Of a stretch of DNA of 64,000 nt, positions 10,765 through 22,000 are shown piece after piece; position 1 is the stretch's first letter, and the number at the start of each line of letters is the position of its first letter. Below the pieces are notes generated by a model. It made no database searches. It saw only the letters and a list, made by a program, of their open reading frames with translations, and was not told the origin of the DNA. Where the stretch lies: the NCBI GenBank assembly GCA_977017575.1, contig CDRNVI010000046.1:1-64000 (forward strand), read 5' to 3'. The DNA comes from Paramoeba atlantica (Eukaryota > Protista > Discosea). A program made the translations under genes and the position numbers.

Positions 10765-13700
10765 ATGGCACTTCCCCCCTCCACCTCTGCCCCCCAAGCG
10801 CAAGGCGACCTCCCTCGAGGATCTGCTGGCGCAAAATCATCGCGTAAGCACAGCTTCCACTTCACTCAGCAGCGCGCAATACCGATTAAAATCAGACACT
10901 CTACTTCCTCGCTTTGGATATACTTCTCCGATATTCACGCGGCGGCCTCCTTCCTTACTGAAAAGAAACACTTTAATACAGAAATCACAGCGGAGCTTTC
11001 CTTGGCACGCACTTTGGATACTGGAGCGAAGAGAACCGATGGTATTCTAATCGAGAAATGCACCTTACAAGAAGTGATGGACGAAGAAGCTTGTGAACAC
11101 TTTGTGTTCAAAGAAACTGCGCCGCCCCACCGCATTTTTCGACACGCCAGCTGGACCGCGGCGCACGCAGACGAAGTCCTGAATCTCAGCCAACAATACT
11201 CTTGCCCTGGCACACTCGGTAGGGCGATTAAGAAGAAACTGGCTGGTCACGATATCCCAGGATTGGCATCCTTCGACATAACCCACGTATCGCAGAGGGA
11301 ACAGACGTCCGACGAAATCCCTTGGGAAAATCCCAAGATCTCGTATGATGAGCCATTCGCAATTCGCGCGCCGAGGCAACCGAATGATTCTCGAGGAACA
11401 CGGTCGTTACGTACGCAGCCGTGCGCGCACCGATGCCTAAACAAACTAACATGTCTCCATCCATGCTGTAAAGTGGGCATTGAATCCGAACCTATTCCCG
11501 ACCCTGCCTCCGATCCGAACGCGCGCCAGCTCGGTGAAGCAGGTTCCATGGTTGACGCTTCGCCACATTCAACAGCGTCCAGACGACCTGAGTCCACGCG
11601 TTCGCAGCCGTGCGCACACCGATGCCTAAGCAAACGAACATGTCTACATCCGTGCTGTAAAGTGGGCATTGAATCCGAGCCTATTACCGACCCTGCCTCC
11701 GATCTGAATGCTCGTCAGCTCGTTGAAGCGGCTCCTACTGCTCTAGTAGCAGTGCAGCAAACAGCCTCCAGACCTGGGTATACGCTTTCACAGCCCTGCG
11801 CGTATCGATGTCTAAACAAACTAAAATGCCTTCACCCATGTTGCAAAATAGGCGGTGAATGTGATCCGGCCTCTCAAGCAGGCACGCACCGACCCACGGA
11901 AACGATTCAGAGTCCCCACACCGACTCGACACAACTACGAGATGAGCCACACCAGACTATGTACAGCACAACAAGGCGGCCATGCAAGCATGTCTGTCGG
12001 GACAAACAGAATTGCAAACATGGATGTTGCAAAGTTGGCGTGCTGGTCGATAGTTCTACACCCACCGACCCCAGTAGACCTGGAATTCCACATAATGAAA
12101 CCTATGTTGCCTCCACTCGTGATCTGCACGCGCAGCACATACAGCCAACATCTGCAAGGAAAATTTCTGACACATCTACGGTACCGGAGGGGGAAGAATC
12201 CTCGCACAGACCCTGCAAACACCTGTGCCACAACAAGGAAGAATGTAAGCACAAGTGTTGTAAGGAAGGTGTCCAAAGCCCAGTTAAAGATACCCGATCG
12301 GGCTCGAGTCGCTGGAGCCTGCGCAATCTTCTTTCATGGGGCTTCACCACAGGGAGCACGCGTACCAACGAAAACACAGCCCCTGCACGCACAAGGGATG
12401 GCCATACAACCGGATCCGCAGCGCAACGTTACCCCGAGACGCACAGGAACATGCCACAGGACCAACAGCAAGCCGAAACGACCTCACATCACACACAGGC
12501 CCGAATAGATGTGATTGAAGAAACTGAGACACAGGTGCAGGCTACAACACAGCAGGATTTACCACATCATGACACGCAACCAAATAGTATACCGAATGTA
12601 CGCACGATTCTGCAATCACAACGGATGAGAACGCGCAACGATCGTTCAGGAAGCCCAGAAACTGCGGAAGACTTGCTGAGTACCTTGCGTACGATTGAAG
12701 GAGGGCGAGTAATGGCTAGTCTTTCTCATGAGCAATGGCAACGCGCAATCAAGAAGTCGTTCGAACGATGTGAGAAATACCTTAAACCAGCTGCAACCCC
12801 AACTGAAGCACTGCGACATGCCGATTTGTTAACTGCCTGCATAGCAGTCTCGGCTTATGAAATCGCGCGGGAGGCTGACCCAACGAAAGGATTCAAGCTA
12901 CGTTCGACGACTGGCCACACCAAACGTGCTTCACGACCTCTCAGCTACGATCGCTCAGCAAAGGAACTTTCTGGACATATCCGCCAATTAAAACGTACCC
13001 TCTCTTACACACACGGCCGCTCGGAAAGAGATCGCCTGATACGCAACATAAAAGAAGCCACGAAAGCCCGCAACCTCTACACAGAAGAAGCAAATCTCCT
13101 GCGACGTGAAAGGGAGAAAAGATGGGTGACGGACAGATTTCAACGGAACCCCTGGACGGCAGGAGGGGAATGCCTCGACAATAACGAGAAGATGCGAAAA
13201 CAGCCAACGATTTTCCCGAATTGTCCACAGGCAGATATTGAAGCGTTCTTCAAGGACACACTAAGCATTGGCAACGAAACCCACACTCTACCCCCCACTG
13301 ATCTTCTTGGCGCTGGAAACGAAAGCGAAATGAAGTGGGAAGATATTGACGTGCAAACCATAGCCGCGGCTATCTCCTCCAAGCGACCGTCCGCTGCACC
13401 AGGTCCTGACACCATAAGTAACGCCTTCCTCCGACGCTGCACTGAGCTGTACCCCTTCATCGCCCAAGTATTCAACGACCTACTCAAACACTCCGTAGGT
13501 CCAACCCACTGGAAACAAGCGGTGACTCGACTCATCCACAAAGGGGGAGCTACGGATAAACTGTCGAACTGGCGCCCTATCAGCCTGACCAGCTGTCTGG
13601 GGAAGCTACTCCACTCAATCATAGGACACAAACTTCTGAGTCACGCTGTCAGCACAGGGATCATCGACACGACCATACAAAAAGGCTTTCTCCCCAATGT

Positions 13701-15606
13701 CAATGGAACCATCGAACACACGCAAGCGCTTTGTGAACTGCTGGATTTTCAGAGGCAGCACAAACGGCAATACTGCTTGGGTCAATTCGACCTGAAAAAC
13801 GCCTTTGGTTCTCTTCCACACTCGATCCTCTTCCAAGTATTACAATGGGCAAAGGTGTCGCCGATTATCATCGAATATGTTCACTCCCTCTATACCAGTG
13901 CTTCTCTCCGAGTCAAGTGTGCTGAGGGGTTGACTAACCACATTCCCGTTGAACGAGGCGTTCTTCAAGGCGACACCCTATCTCCTGTGCTATTCAACCT
14001 TGCGATGGAGGTAGTTTTAAGGTACCTTCGATCCAGCTTTCCAGGATATGGCATCACATGGGGCGGGCAAGAATCATTCCTTAAGGCGTTTGCGGACGAC
14101 CTTGCCGTCATTACCAAATCACCCGAAGAAATGCAGCATGTTACTAACGCCCTGGTAAAGGTGCTCGCCAGATTAGGCATGCGGCTAAATGTACAGAAAT
14201 GTCGGCTTCAGTATATGGCTGTAGCGGATGGAGGATACAAAACCCACAGACCGCGCATCCGTGCCGGCGGCGAAAGCATACCCCACGTTTGCGACAAAGG
14301 CAGTCAGTTTCTGGGCATGACGCTAGCGCCTGGAGCCCAACAAGGGAAAGTGTTGTTCAAGAGTCTCCGTACACAACTACGCCACTGGCTTACCAACGTA
14401 TCTGAAAGTGCCATGGATACGCCCGCCCGCCTCTGGGTCTACAATAACGTCATTATTTCCCGTCTACGCTACGTTCTGACGGTAAATCCGGGAATCACAC
14501 TGAATTTCATCCTGCGGCTGCAAAAGCTTGCGACTACACACATTCGGAAATGGGTGAATATAGCCAAAACTGCAACCAGCGAACTTCTCTATTCTGAGCG
14601 GGGGTGGGCCTTAACTAGTTTCTCAAAGCTGTGGATACTCTGCACGAGTACACTGGTCGAGCAAATGCAGAAATCACGTGACCCGGCTGTGCAACAGGCT
14701 TTAAGACACCGCATCCGCAGGGAACTGCACAAGCGCTCAACGGGACACGTCCAACCAGTAGTTGAACTGTACGACCGACGAGAAGACCGTGTGGCGACAC
14801 GGCGGTTCATTGAGAGTGAATACGAGCGACACCTTTCCGAATCCGTGCAACGACGGGCTCCCATAGCGGCACAGTGGTTCCGTATGGCCACTGAGGACGA
14901 ACTTGCGAAAGACTTTGCTGCTGCGGTATGTAACATCAACAGTGAGGCACTCTCCCGGTTTACTGCATCTGTGTTGACCCAAACACCACTACCTACTCGT
15001 TCAGCACTGCGTCGTTGGGGTCTAAGTACGCACACGGACACAAAGTGTCCCATTTGCAATGAGGAGGTGCAGACAGTTCGACATGTCCTCACAGGGTGCA
15101 AGGTGGCCCTTGAACAGGGCCGCTACACGTTCCGCCATGATCTTATACTCCACGCTATCGCAGATGCCGTAAGAGCATCCCCAGAAACAGCGCAGTACCA
15201 CTTTGATCTTTCTCTTTACCGAAACCCCCCAACATGGCTAAGTCAACAGGACACGGCCCTTAGACCTGATGGGTGGATCAAGCTACATAATGGTACTGAG
15301 TTCATACTTGAGCTCACTTCTCCGTGGGAGGAAAACTTTTTATCCTCACATGAGCGGAAAGTGCGGAAGTACGGGAATCTGTTTCTCGAAAGGAAAATGA
15401 CTAACCCGGCAACCTTTCTTCTTGTCATCGAAGTGGGGGCCAGAGGGAAGCTCAACTCCTCTACGCGAGCGCTCAACTCACTTTTCGGAGGTAACAAGGC
15501 CACCGCCTCGCAATGTCGACAGAAGCTTGTCAAAAGAGCAATACGAGGAAGTTTCGCGATTTTTCAAAACCGCGATAACCCGAGCTGGACGGAAGCCAGC
15601 ATATAG
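10765..15606 (+). CDS. Non-LTR retrotransposon polyprotein: 5x C/H zinc motif, RT, CCHC knuckle, restriction-like endonuclease
   Basis: RT motifs WRPISLTSCLGK, QKGF, DLKNAFGS, GVLQGDTLSP, FADD; knuckle CPICNEEVQTVRHVLTGC; endonuclease RH...LRPDG...ELTSPWEEN...K..KY. Confidence 0.95.
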   Translation: MALPPSTSAPQAQGDLPRGSAGAKSSRKHSFHFTQQRAIPIKIRHSTSSLWIYFSDIHAAASFLTEKKHFNTEITAELSLARTLDTGAKRTDGILIEKCTLQEVMDEEACEHFVFKETAPPHRIFRHASWTAAHADEVLNLSQQYSCPGTLGRAIKKKLAGHDIPGLASFDITHVSQREQTSDEIPWENPKISYDEPFAIRAPRQPNDSRGTRSLRTQPCAHRCLNKLTCLHPCCKVGIESEPIPDPASDPNARQLGEAGSMVDASPHSTASRRPESTRSQPCAHRCLSKRTCLHPCCKVGIESEPITDPASDLNARQLVEAAPTALVAVQQTASRPGYTLSQPCAYRCLNKLKCLHPCCKIGGECDPASQAGTHRPTETIQSPHTDSTQLRDEPHQTMYSTTRRPCKHVCRDKQNCKHGCCKVGVLVDSSTPTDPSRPGIPHNETYVASTRDLHAQHIQPTSARKISDTSTVPEGEESSHRPCKHLCHNKEECKHKCCKEGVQSPVKDTRSGSSRWSLRNLLSWGFTTGSTRTNENTAPARTRDGHTTGSAAQRYPETHRNMPQDQQQAETTSHHTQARIDVIEETETQVQATTQQDLPHHDTQPNSIPNVRTILQSQRMRTRNDRSGSPETAEDLLSTLRTIEGGRVMASLSHEQWQRAIKKSFERCEKYLKPAATPTEALRHADLLTACIAVSAYEIAREADPTKGFKLRSTTGHTKRASRPLSYDRSAKELSGHIRQLKRTLSYTHGRSERDRLIRNIKEATKARNLYTEEANLLRREREKRWVTDRFQRNPWTAGGECLDNNEKMRKQPTIFPNCPQADIEAFFKDTLSIGNETHTLPPTDLLGAGNESEMKWEDIDVQTIAAAISSKRPSAAPGPDTISNAFLRRCTELYPFIAQVFNDLLKHSVGPTHWKQAVTRLIHKGGATDKLSNWRPISLTSCLGKLLHSIIGHKLLSHAVSTGIIDTTIQKGFLPNVNGTIEHTQALCELLDFQRQHKRQYCLGQFDLKNAFGSLPHSILFQVLQWAKVSPIIIEYVHSLYTSASLRVKCAEGLTNHIPVERGVLQGDTLSPVLFNLAMEVVLRYLRSSFPGYGITWGGQESFLKAFADDLAVITKSPEEMQHVTNALVKVLARLGMRLNVQKCRLQYMAVADGGYKTHRPRIRAGGESIPHVCDKGSQFLGMTLAPGAQQGKVLFKSLRTQLRHWLTNVSESAMDTPARLWVYNNVIISRLRYVLTVNPGITLNFILRLQKLATTHIRKWVNIAKTATSELLYSERGWALTSFSKLWILCTSTLVEQMQKSRDPAVQQALRHRIRRELHKRSTGHVQPVVELYDRREDRVATRRFIESEYERHLSESVQRRAPIAAQWFRMATEDELAKDFAAAVCNINSEALSRFTASVLTQTPLPTRSALRRWGLSTHTDTKCPICNEEVQTVRHVLTGCKVALEQGRYTFRHDLILHAIADAVRASPETAQYHFDLSLYRNPPTWLSQQDTALRPDGWIKLHNGTEFILELTSPWEENFLSSHERKVRKYGNLFLERKMTNPATFLLVIEVGARGKLNSSTRALNSLFGGNKATASQCRQKLVKRAIRGSFAIFQNRDNPSWTEASI

Positions 15607-15723
15607 CGATGATGAAAAGCTTAAGGGAAACCCGTTTTGTGCGGGGTTTATACATGATCTGCGTGTATTTTTCTTAGGTGACAATCTCTGCAGTCATACT
15701 GCATGATAAAAAAAAAAAAAAAA

Positions 15724-16150
15724 TACTGCCACGTGAGGCAGTGGTTGCACAGTGATGCAGTGCAAGTACAGTGGAACGTGCGAGAGTAAGTGCACTGCCA
15801 CTGTAAGTACAGTGGTACGTGAAAGAGTAAGTGCCACGTGCCGAGGCGACACCCCGTCTGTGGGGTTTATACCTGTAACATCATCATCAAGTGCCACGTG
15901 CATACGTGTACACGTGGCACTTACTCTTTCGTGGCAGTGGTGTACTGCCACGTGGGGCAGTGACTGCAGTGATGCAGTGCAGCTGCATCACGTACGTGAA
16001 AGAGTAAGTCTACTGCCACGTGAGGCAGTGAACGCAGTGTAGATGCAGTGGCGCGTGAGAGAGTCAGTGACTGCAGTGTAGCTGCAGTGGCACGTGAGAG
16101 AGTAAGTGTACTGCCACGTGAGGCAGTGACTGTATTGATGCAGTGTGTAG
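15724..16150. repeat. Degenerate CACGTG/palindrome-rich satellite; target of element 1
   Basis: Recurrent ACTGCCACGTGAGGCAGT, GTGARAGAGTAAGT and TGCAGTG units; a matching piece lies upstream of element 1 at 10661-10700. Confidence 0.85.
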
Positions 16151-16260
16151 CTAGAGTGGAGCGCGGGTGCAGGTGGACTGCACATGAAACACCCACATGA
16201 GAGACCGTGCGCCACCAGTGGCTGCACTGGTGTTCCTTTTGGAGAGTGTTGTTACAGATC

Positions 16261-16352
16261 GCCATGTTGTGGAAGGGTGGTCAGCTGGCCATCTCGTGGA
16301 AGAGTGGCCGACTGGCCATGTTGTGGAAGGGTGGCCAGCTGGCCATGTTGTG
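16261..16352 (+). repeat. 27-bp tandem repeat (GCCATGTTGTGGAAGGGTGGYCAGCTG) x~3.4
   Basis: Directly visible, middle unit diverged. Confidence 0.85.
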
Positions 16353-16396
16353 AAGAAACCAACCGGGTCTGCACCGCCTCGAAGGGCCCGCCGTAT

Positions 16397-16602
16397 AACC
16401 CAGATTGAAAGGGGCGATGGAGATACGAAGCAACAGTCGTGGCAGATTCCCACTGAAAAAAAATGGTATCTCCCCGCACGAGAAACGCCTTAGCGCTTGC
16501 TGGCTCGGAGACAAACTTGGTGCGGGGAGATACCATTTCTTTTCAGTGGGAATCTGCCACGCCTGTTGCTTCGTATCTCCCTCGCCCTTTTCAATCTGGG
16601 TT
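16397..16602. mobile_element. Short fold-back MITE (CCCAG...GGAGATAC family)
   Basis: ~80-bp inverted arms AACCCAGATTGAAAGGGGCG...GGTATCTCCCCGCAC around a ~40-bp loop. Confidence 0.8.
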
Positions 16603-16802
16603 CGATTATTGTTAGCAAAAAATGGAAATTAATGAAGGGGGGAGTATAATTTAAATGCATATTAAGAAAAAATAGTCTCCCGATGTGCTGTAAATAGGGG
16701 GAACGTGAAGATCTCAAAATTTTGAACTTTAAAGCGGCGACGGTAAGGCTAAGAGTAACGCACGAATTCTTTTCCTCAATCCATAGGCACCAACCATCTT
16801 TC

Positions 16803-18617
16803 TCATTCCATATCTGCAAACAAATCGTACATCTCACTCTGGTACACACCCGGAGAAAAGTCACCCCCTATACCGAACGACCCGCCGCATGATCCCCCCA
16901 CAAACTGACAATAAATTTGCAGTAACGAATCCAGCACCTTGGATCGTATCTGGTCCCGTGCCTCACGGTACCGCTGCAGGTGATCCTCCGGACTTTCCAT
17001 CGGCTGTCGTTTCAACAACTCCGGGATACCCCCATACACCTCCCGCATCACTCTCTTCGCGGAGGTCTCCGTACCCCTTCCAGTGCCAACATTAAATACC
17101 GCAAACGCCTCGTTCTGTTCCTGACGAAGCGTTAAATCCTCCACCTCGGAAGCTACCAGGGGGGAGAACACGGCAGGCGGGGTCGCGAGCACCGAAGGGG
17201 GACTCCAGACTTTACCCCTCCCCCCCCCTCCTTCTCTCTCCCCTACACTCCGTGGGGTCGTACTCGACCCGGAGTGCAGCACGTCACGTATCCCGTGGGC
17301 GGGGCCGGGGCGGGCGGCCAGGGTTGCGTGGGTCCGGGACCCCGGAGTCAACCCACTGGCAGGTTGACGTGTTTTACTACGTTTGTTACGTACCGCTGAG
17401 TTGTAGAAGTTGTTGTTGGAGTTGTAGGCTCCGGTGTCACTGGAGGTTTCCGTAACCGTGTGACCCCGGGGGAGGGGGAGCTCATCGTTTTCCGATGACT
17501 GTGGGGAGACACTGGGGTAGGGTACACCCCAGGGAGAGCTGTAGCACGGGTCACTACGGGTTCTCCAGAACGTGCTCTGGGTGTTCACCGTGAGTCCGGT
17601 ACGGGTGCGGTTGAGATACTCAAAGTGTTTCAAGGCACCGTTCTGGCCGTAGCAGTGTAGTGGACGCCAGGGGAGAAAATTCTTCACGCTGGCATAGGAC
17701 AGCCACATGGGTTCCCCGTTGTAGTCGTCCTGGAAGGTACGTCGGTTCAGTGCCTCCGGGAGCTTGAGTTTTTCTTTGACTTGTTTGCGCACCAGTCGTG
17801 GGGTAACGGGGAGGGTGCGCTCGCGGTAGCTTCGGTGGCGGGCCGGGATGTGCGCCCAGGCGGCACAATAGTAGAGCTTCGGAGTGGGCATAGCCCAGTG
17901 TGCGGCAAGAGACCTTGACAACCAGTCCGCGTCCGATGCAAGGGAGGTGTAATCTAGCGACGAAGGTGATGACAGGGGAGGGTGATAAAGGGCTGGAGTT
18001 TTTTCGATGCTGGAGATGTCGCGTGGGGAGGATGGAAGGAACGCGGATAGGGGTGTTTCAGAGAGAGGTGAGCAAGCCAACATTTTAGAGGTACACGCAG
18101 GACTGTCTGTACGTACGCTCTTTAAAGTTAAAGAGTTGTTGTGGAACGAAAATATTTTCCGTGGTGCGCGGAGCATTTCAACTTTTTGTGCGAAACTTTC
18201 GCTATTCGAACAATCAGTAGAGTAAGGCGCCGATTCAGAAATATTTTCAGAGGAGTATTCTTCAAAGCTGATAACGTAGTCAAAACGCTGACCGTTTTGA
18301 AAGAGGGTGCGGTTACTCTTGCTCATAAGAGAGGAATGTATGCCAACCTCTTCTAAGACAGTACGGGTGTTTGACTGCGGCCCGATTGTGTGGTGAATTC
18401 CGGCACTTGCAACCCAAAGTGGGGAGCTCGCTAGCAGTTTCTTGTCGATCTGATTGGAAACGTACGCTTCTTTCTGTAGAAGAAGACTGTCTGCATTGTG
18501 ATCCACGTTTTTTGCAAAGGATGGATCTGAGAATCTTTCCCAATAGTGACGAATAAATGCCTCCGTAATTAGTGTTCTGGCCGTGTTTGTTCGACCCAGT
18601 ACTGCGACAGCTATCAT
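16803..18617 (-). CDS. LMW-PTP/ArsC-fold-like protein with large insertion, probably catalytically dead
   Basis: N-terminal AVLGRTNTARTLITEAF, SAG..., VLEEVGI, FDYVI; C-terminal helix YREARDQIRSKVL; ~380 aa of Ser/Pro-rich sequence in between. Confidence 0.6.
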   Translation of the reverse strand: MIAVAVLGRTNTARTLITEAFIRHYWERFSDPSFAKNVDHNADSLLLQKEAYVSNQIDKKLLASSPLWVASAGIHHTIGPQSNTRTVLEEVGIHSSLMSKSNRTLFQNGQRFDYVISFEEYSSENISESAPYSTDCSNSESFAQKVEMLRAPRKIFSFHNNSLTLKSVRTDSPACTSKMLACSPLSETPLSAFLPSSPRDISSIEKTPALYHPPLSSPSSLDYTSLASDADWLSRSLAAHWAMPTPKLYYCAAWAHIPARHRSYRERTLPVTPRLVRKQVKEKLKLPEALNRRTFQDDYNGEPMWLSYASVKNFLPWRPLHCYGQNGALKHFEYLNRTRTGLTVNTQSTFWRTRSDPCYSSPWGVPYPSVSPQSSENDELPLPRGHTVTETSSDTGAYNSNNNFYNSAVRNKRSKTRQPASGLTPGSRTHATLAARPGPAHGIRDVLHSGSSTTPRSVGEREGGGGRGKVWSPPSVLATPPAVFSPLVASEVEDLTLRQEQNEAFAVFNVGTGRGTETSAKRVMREVYGGIPELLKRQPMESPEDHLQRYREARDQIRSKVLDSLLQIYCQFVGGSCGGSFGIGGDFSPGVYQSEMYDLFADME

Positions 18618-19064
18618 CAATCTACAAAATTAAGAACAGAAATATAAGCCCGACGTTACTTGTTAATGTAGCAGCGGGGATATCATAGCGCATGTATCCA
18701 AATTTACTTTCTTGGGTTATAAATTACGAGTTGTAATTTAATAATTAAGTACTTTATGTTACAATTAAGTACTTTATGTACTTTAATAATTTACAAGTAC
18801 TCTCTAAATTCGTGTATACGTGGAACATTGTAGCATAGCTACAATAAAAGTACATTCCGTTGCATTACATTTGTTTAACGATAATGTAATCGTGTTGATA
18901 AATAAACATCAGTCTATGAATATACTATTAGAACTATACATTATGCTTTTATATTAAAACTTCTGAACACCACTGAGATTTTTCGTACCTTATTATTACG
19001 TAAAGCGTTTTTTTGCGGTGAAACTCCATGTTCAAATCTTCTTGCCCAGGATACGGTGGTTGTT

Positions 19065-22000
19065 TTAATAAACTAGAGTTTCTTGTTCCTCGGGAAAGCT
19101 ATTAATCTTTAGCGAAGTAAGTTTAGCCCGTAGCATAACGAACCCATCAATCAGACTAAATAGCTTGGTATTCTCATGCAATGAAGAATGTTCCGTCGCA
19201 TCAAAATGCTCTAGAAACGGCCATTCCTCTACTTGAGATTGACTGTTAGTAAGAATTTCAGGGTAGTCAAACACCAGAACTTTCCCCAGTGTACTTATCA
19301 CATAAACGAATAGTGAATTCAGAGTATCGAATTCATCTATTGGAATCGTACGAATCAGGTTAACTAGCTGTAGACATTGTTCAAGACGCGCCTTAGGAAT
19401 GTGATTTTCATATTCCTCTTCGGCGGCATACATTTGTCTTAAAATGGAACACCATCGATCGATTGGGAGAAGCAGGTGATACATCTCACCAAAATCTGAG
19501 CTACTCAAAATAGAAAATCGAGAATTGGACAGTTCATTGACTTCTGCACCAGTCATGGTTGAAAACTCTTCGAAAGAACCGTCCCCGAAAGGCTCTGAAA
19601 TAGTTTGTTTTGTGAGTTCATGAAGAGGCAATGTATGATGCTCCTTCAAAAGGAATTCTACCTTTGATTCGGTAGTTTCCACCGTGAAGTCTAGATCTCC
19701 AACAAGCTTCAATAAAAATTCAGTTGCTTCGTCTCGATCAATGTTGTTTTCCGTGTATTCAGAAGTGATGTTGTTGTGTAAAATATCATTCTCATTCAAG
19801 CATTGTACCGCTGAGGATTCGCTGTATATGCCGCTATCCTTCGTCGCCCCACCCAAAAATTGGGCGAATCGCTCAAGTGCAAATTGCGCAAGGCGAAGCC
19901 ATAATAATACGGGCAACAGGAAGAGTAGCCTTCCAATTCTTTCATCTTTGGGATTGTTGAAAGGTGTTTTCGTCAACTCATCCAAGCTCACTACTTGTGG
20001 CAATTGCCTCAACACGGACTCGACGTGACACACTAAAAATTCCTTTAGATTATCAAGAACGACTTGTGGAGGAGAAGCCACCGCTGATGTAGAAAATTCT
20101 TCAATACTGCCGATACGGGTGAACGAAAGACCGTCATCTCCACTTTCTGTCGTCAGTTCAGGAATAGGTGAGTGTATCTCGTTATTGAAATCTGTGCCAA
20201 CCATCGATCGATCATCTACCAAGTTCTCTGTGCGCTCAGTACCTACAGGATCCGTGTCGTCTTCACTGTCAGAAAGCTCTAGCGAGAGTGCGGAACACAT
20301 TGTCTGTGCCAAGGGATCAAAATCTTCATTTCTGAATTTATGAGTTAAGTTCGTCGATCTTTCGTGGTTCGAATTCGCTTGATTTTTGTAGCAATGAAAC
20401 CACTCATGAAGAGGACGAATCAGAGAAAGCAGCTCTGGATCAAGCGGATTATCAGTACTTTGGTTTCCTAAAGTACTTTTACTTATATTCGTGTTCGTAT
20501 ATGCAGAGGTTAAAGTCTCAAAGCATTGTATGTTGAATGTAGAAGTTTTGTCCTTCTTACTTTCTTCGAAATGGTTGTCGCCCCACTGAGTCCCAACCGT
20601 AATTGCGGCTTTAGGTAATTGTTCTACATTTTGATTTCGGTCATATATAGTCAACAAATCTTCCTTTGTGTCTGTCTGAATTGAAACATCTTGACTATTG
20701 GTACACACCTGAAGTTGCATAGATGAGGTCTCAAAGCTCTTTTTGCAAAATGATGCCTTTACCAGTTCGTATAACGTTTGAGCTGTTAGCGCTGCTTCGG
20801 AAGTTGAAAAAGAATCTGGTGGTAACGGGAGACACTGAAAGTTATCATGGTCACAATGATTATCTTCGACAAAATTTTGAATTTCACTTTGTTTAGATCT
20901 GGAGTCAAGAAGGTCTCGCAATATTTGACTGTATTCATGAAGAATCAGCATATCCAGGAGAGCAACTTTATCCGTCGTCGAATTAGTGTTCTGTAGGAGT
21001 GTACTGTCTTTGTGCTTGGTAATAAGTTCTGTATTTGAAGACGATTGCCTTGACATTGGAATAATTTTGGCTGTAGAATGTGTGCTGAGAAACAAATCTA
21101 GCTTGTCCTCGATCCGACTAAGGCACTCAACACAACCATCTTGCATGAGCGATATATCGCTAACTGGTTTCACAGTGGATAAAGCTCCTTCATGATTCAC
21201 AGATGCTGTGAAAGATTCATCAACGTCTATTACGCTCCTAGATACCGAAGTTTCATCACAAGACCTTGTTTCAACTGTAGTCGATTCTATTTTAACAGGT
21301 GAATGACTTTTATCTTCAGTTTCCTTCGCACTATTTAGATCCAATTTGTGCATCAAAAGAAACGTCTGAACGTTTTCACCATGTAAAAACGAATCAGTTA
21401 CCTCGGAATTAGTCGTGCTATTCATCTCAACGATTTCATTCTCGCTTGCAAACAAAAGTTTAGAAAATTTAGAAGAATTTTGAGCTTCAATAACGGACGA
21501 ATCAGGAAGAGGAATGAGTTGGATTGATTCAAAACTTGGTGGAGGAGGAATCAAGGCTCGAAGTGAAGATGACGCACTATGCCTTTGTTCAGCAACCTTT
21601 AAAGATGGTTGCACTACGCAAGCAAATGTCGTAGAATCTTGTTTTACTGAAGCGTGTGATGACATACTATCAAGACCTGACAATGCCGTGGCTTCCTTGG
21701 AATGCTTTTCATTGACCGGTGCTGGATTAGGAGAATGGTCGGTAGAGTTGGTAGTTTTAGAGTCTTCATGTTCTTTCAAGGACGATGCACACTGCTCTTG
21801 CTGTGGTTTTTCGTGGTAAGTATGATCTTTCAGAAAACTATGGCTGTCTACAGCTTCACCCGGAAGCGACATGATTTGAAAACGTGTCAAGTGCGTCGAT
21901 GCTTGGCTTAGTCCAACGAGATGTAATGCGCAGTCCCCCACGGAGAGAACATCACGATATGGCTTCACAGTGGCAACTACTGTAGCATCAAATATTTCAG

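Larger units (their letters stand above)
10701..15723 (+). mobile_element. Full-length RLE-type non-LTR retrotransposon (HERO/NeSL-like), element 1
   Basis: Single intact ORF, short UTRs, A16 tail at 15708-15723. It splits the repeat GTGAGAGAGTAAGTG^TACTGCCACGTGAGGCAGTG with no visible TSD. Confidence 0.92.

Noticed and set aside
14188-14200. SL core on the minus strand (also at ~44262)
   Set aside because: It is the reverse complement of the codons for NVQKC inside RT, with no flanking SL similarity.
15724-16352. CRISPR-like array
   Set aside because: Units are irregular and degenerate with no unique constant-length spacers, there are no cas genes, and the context is eukaryotic.
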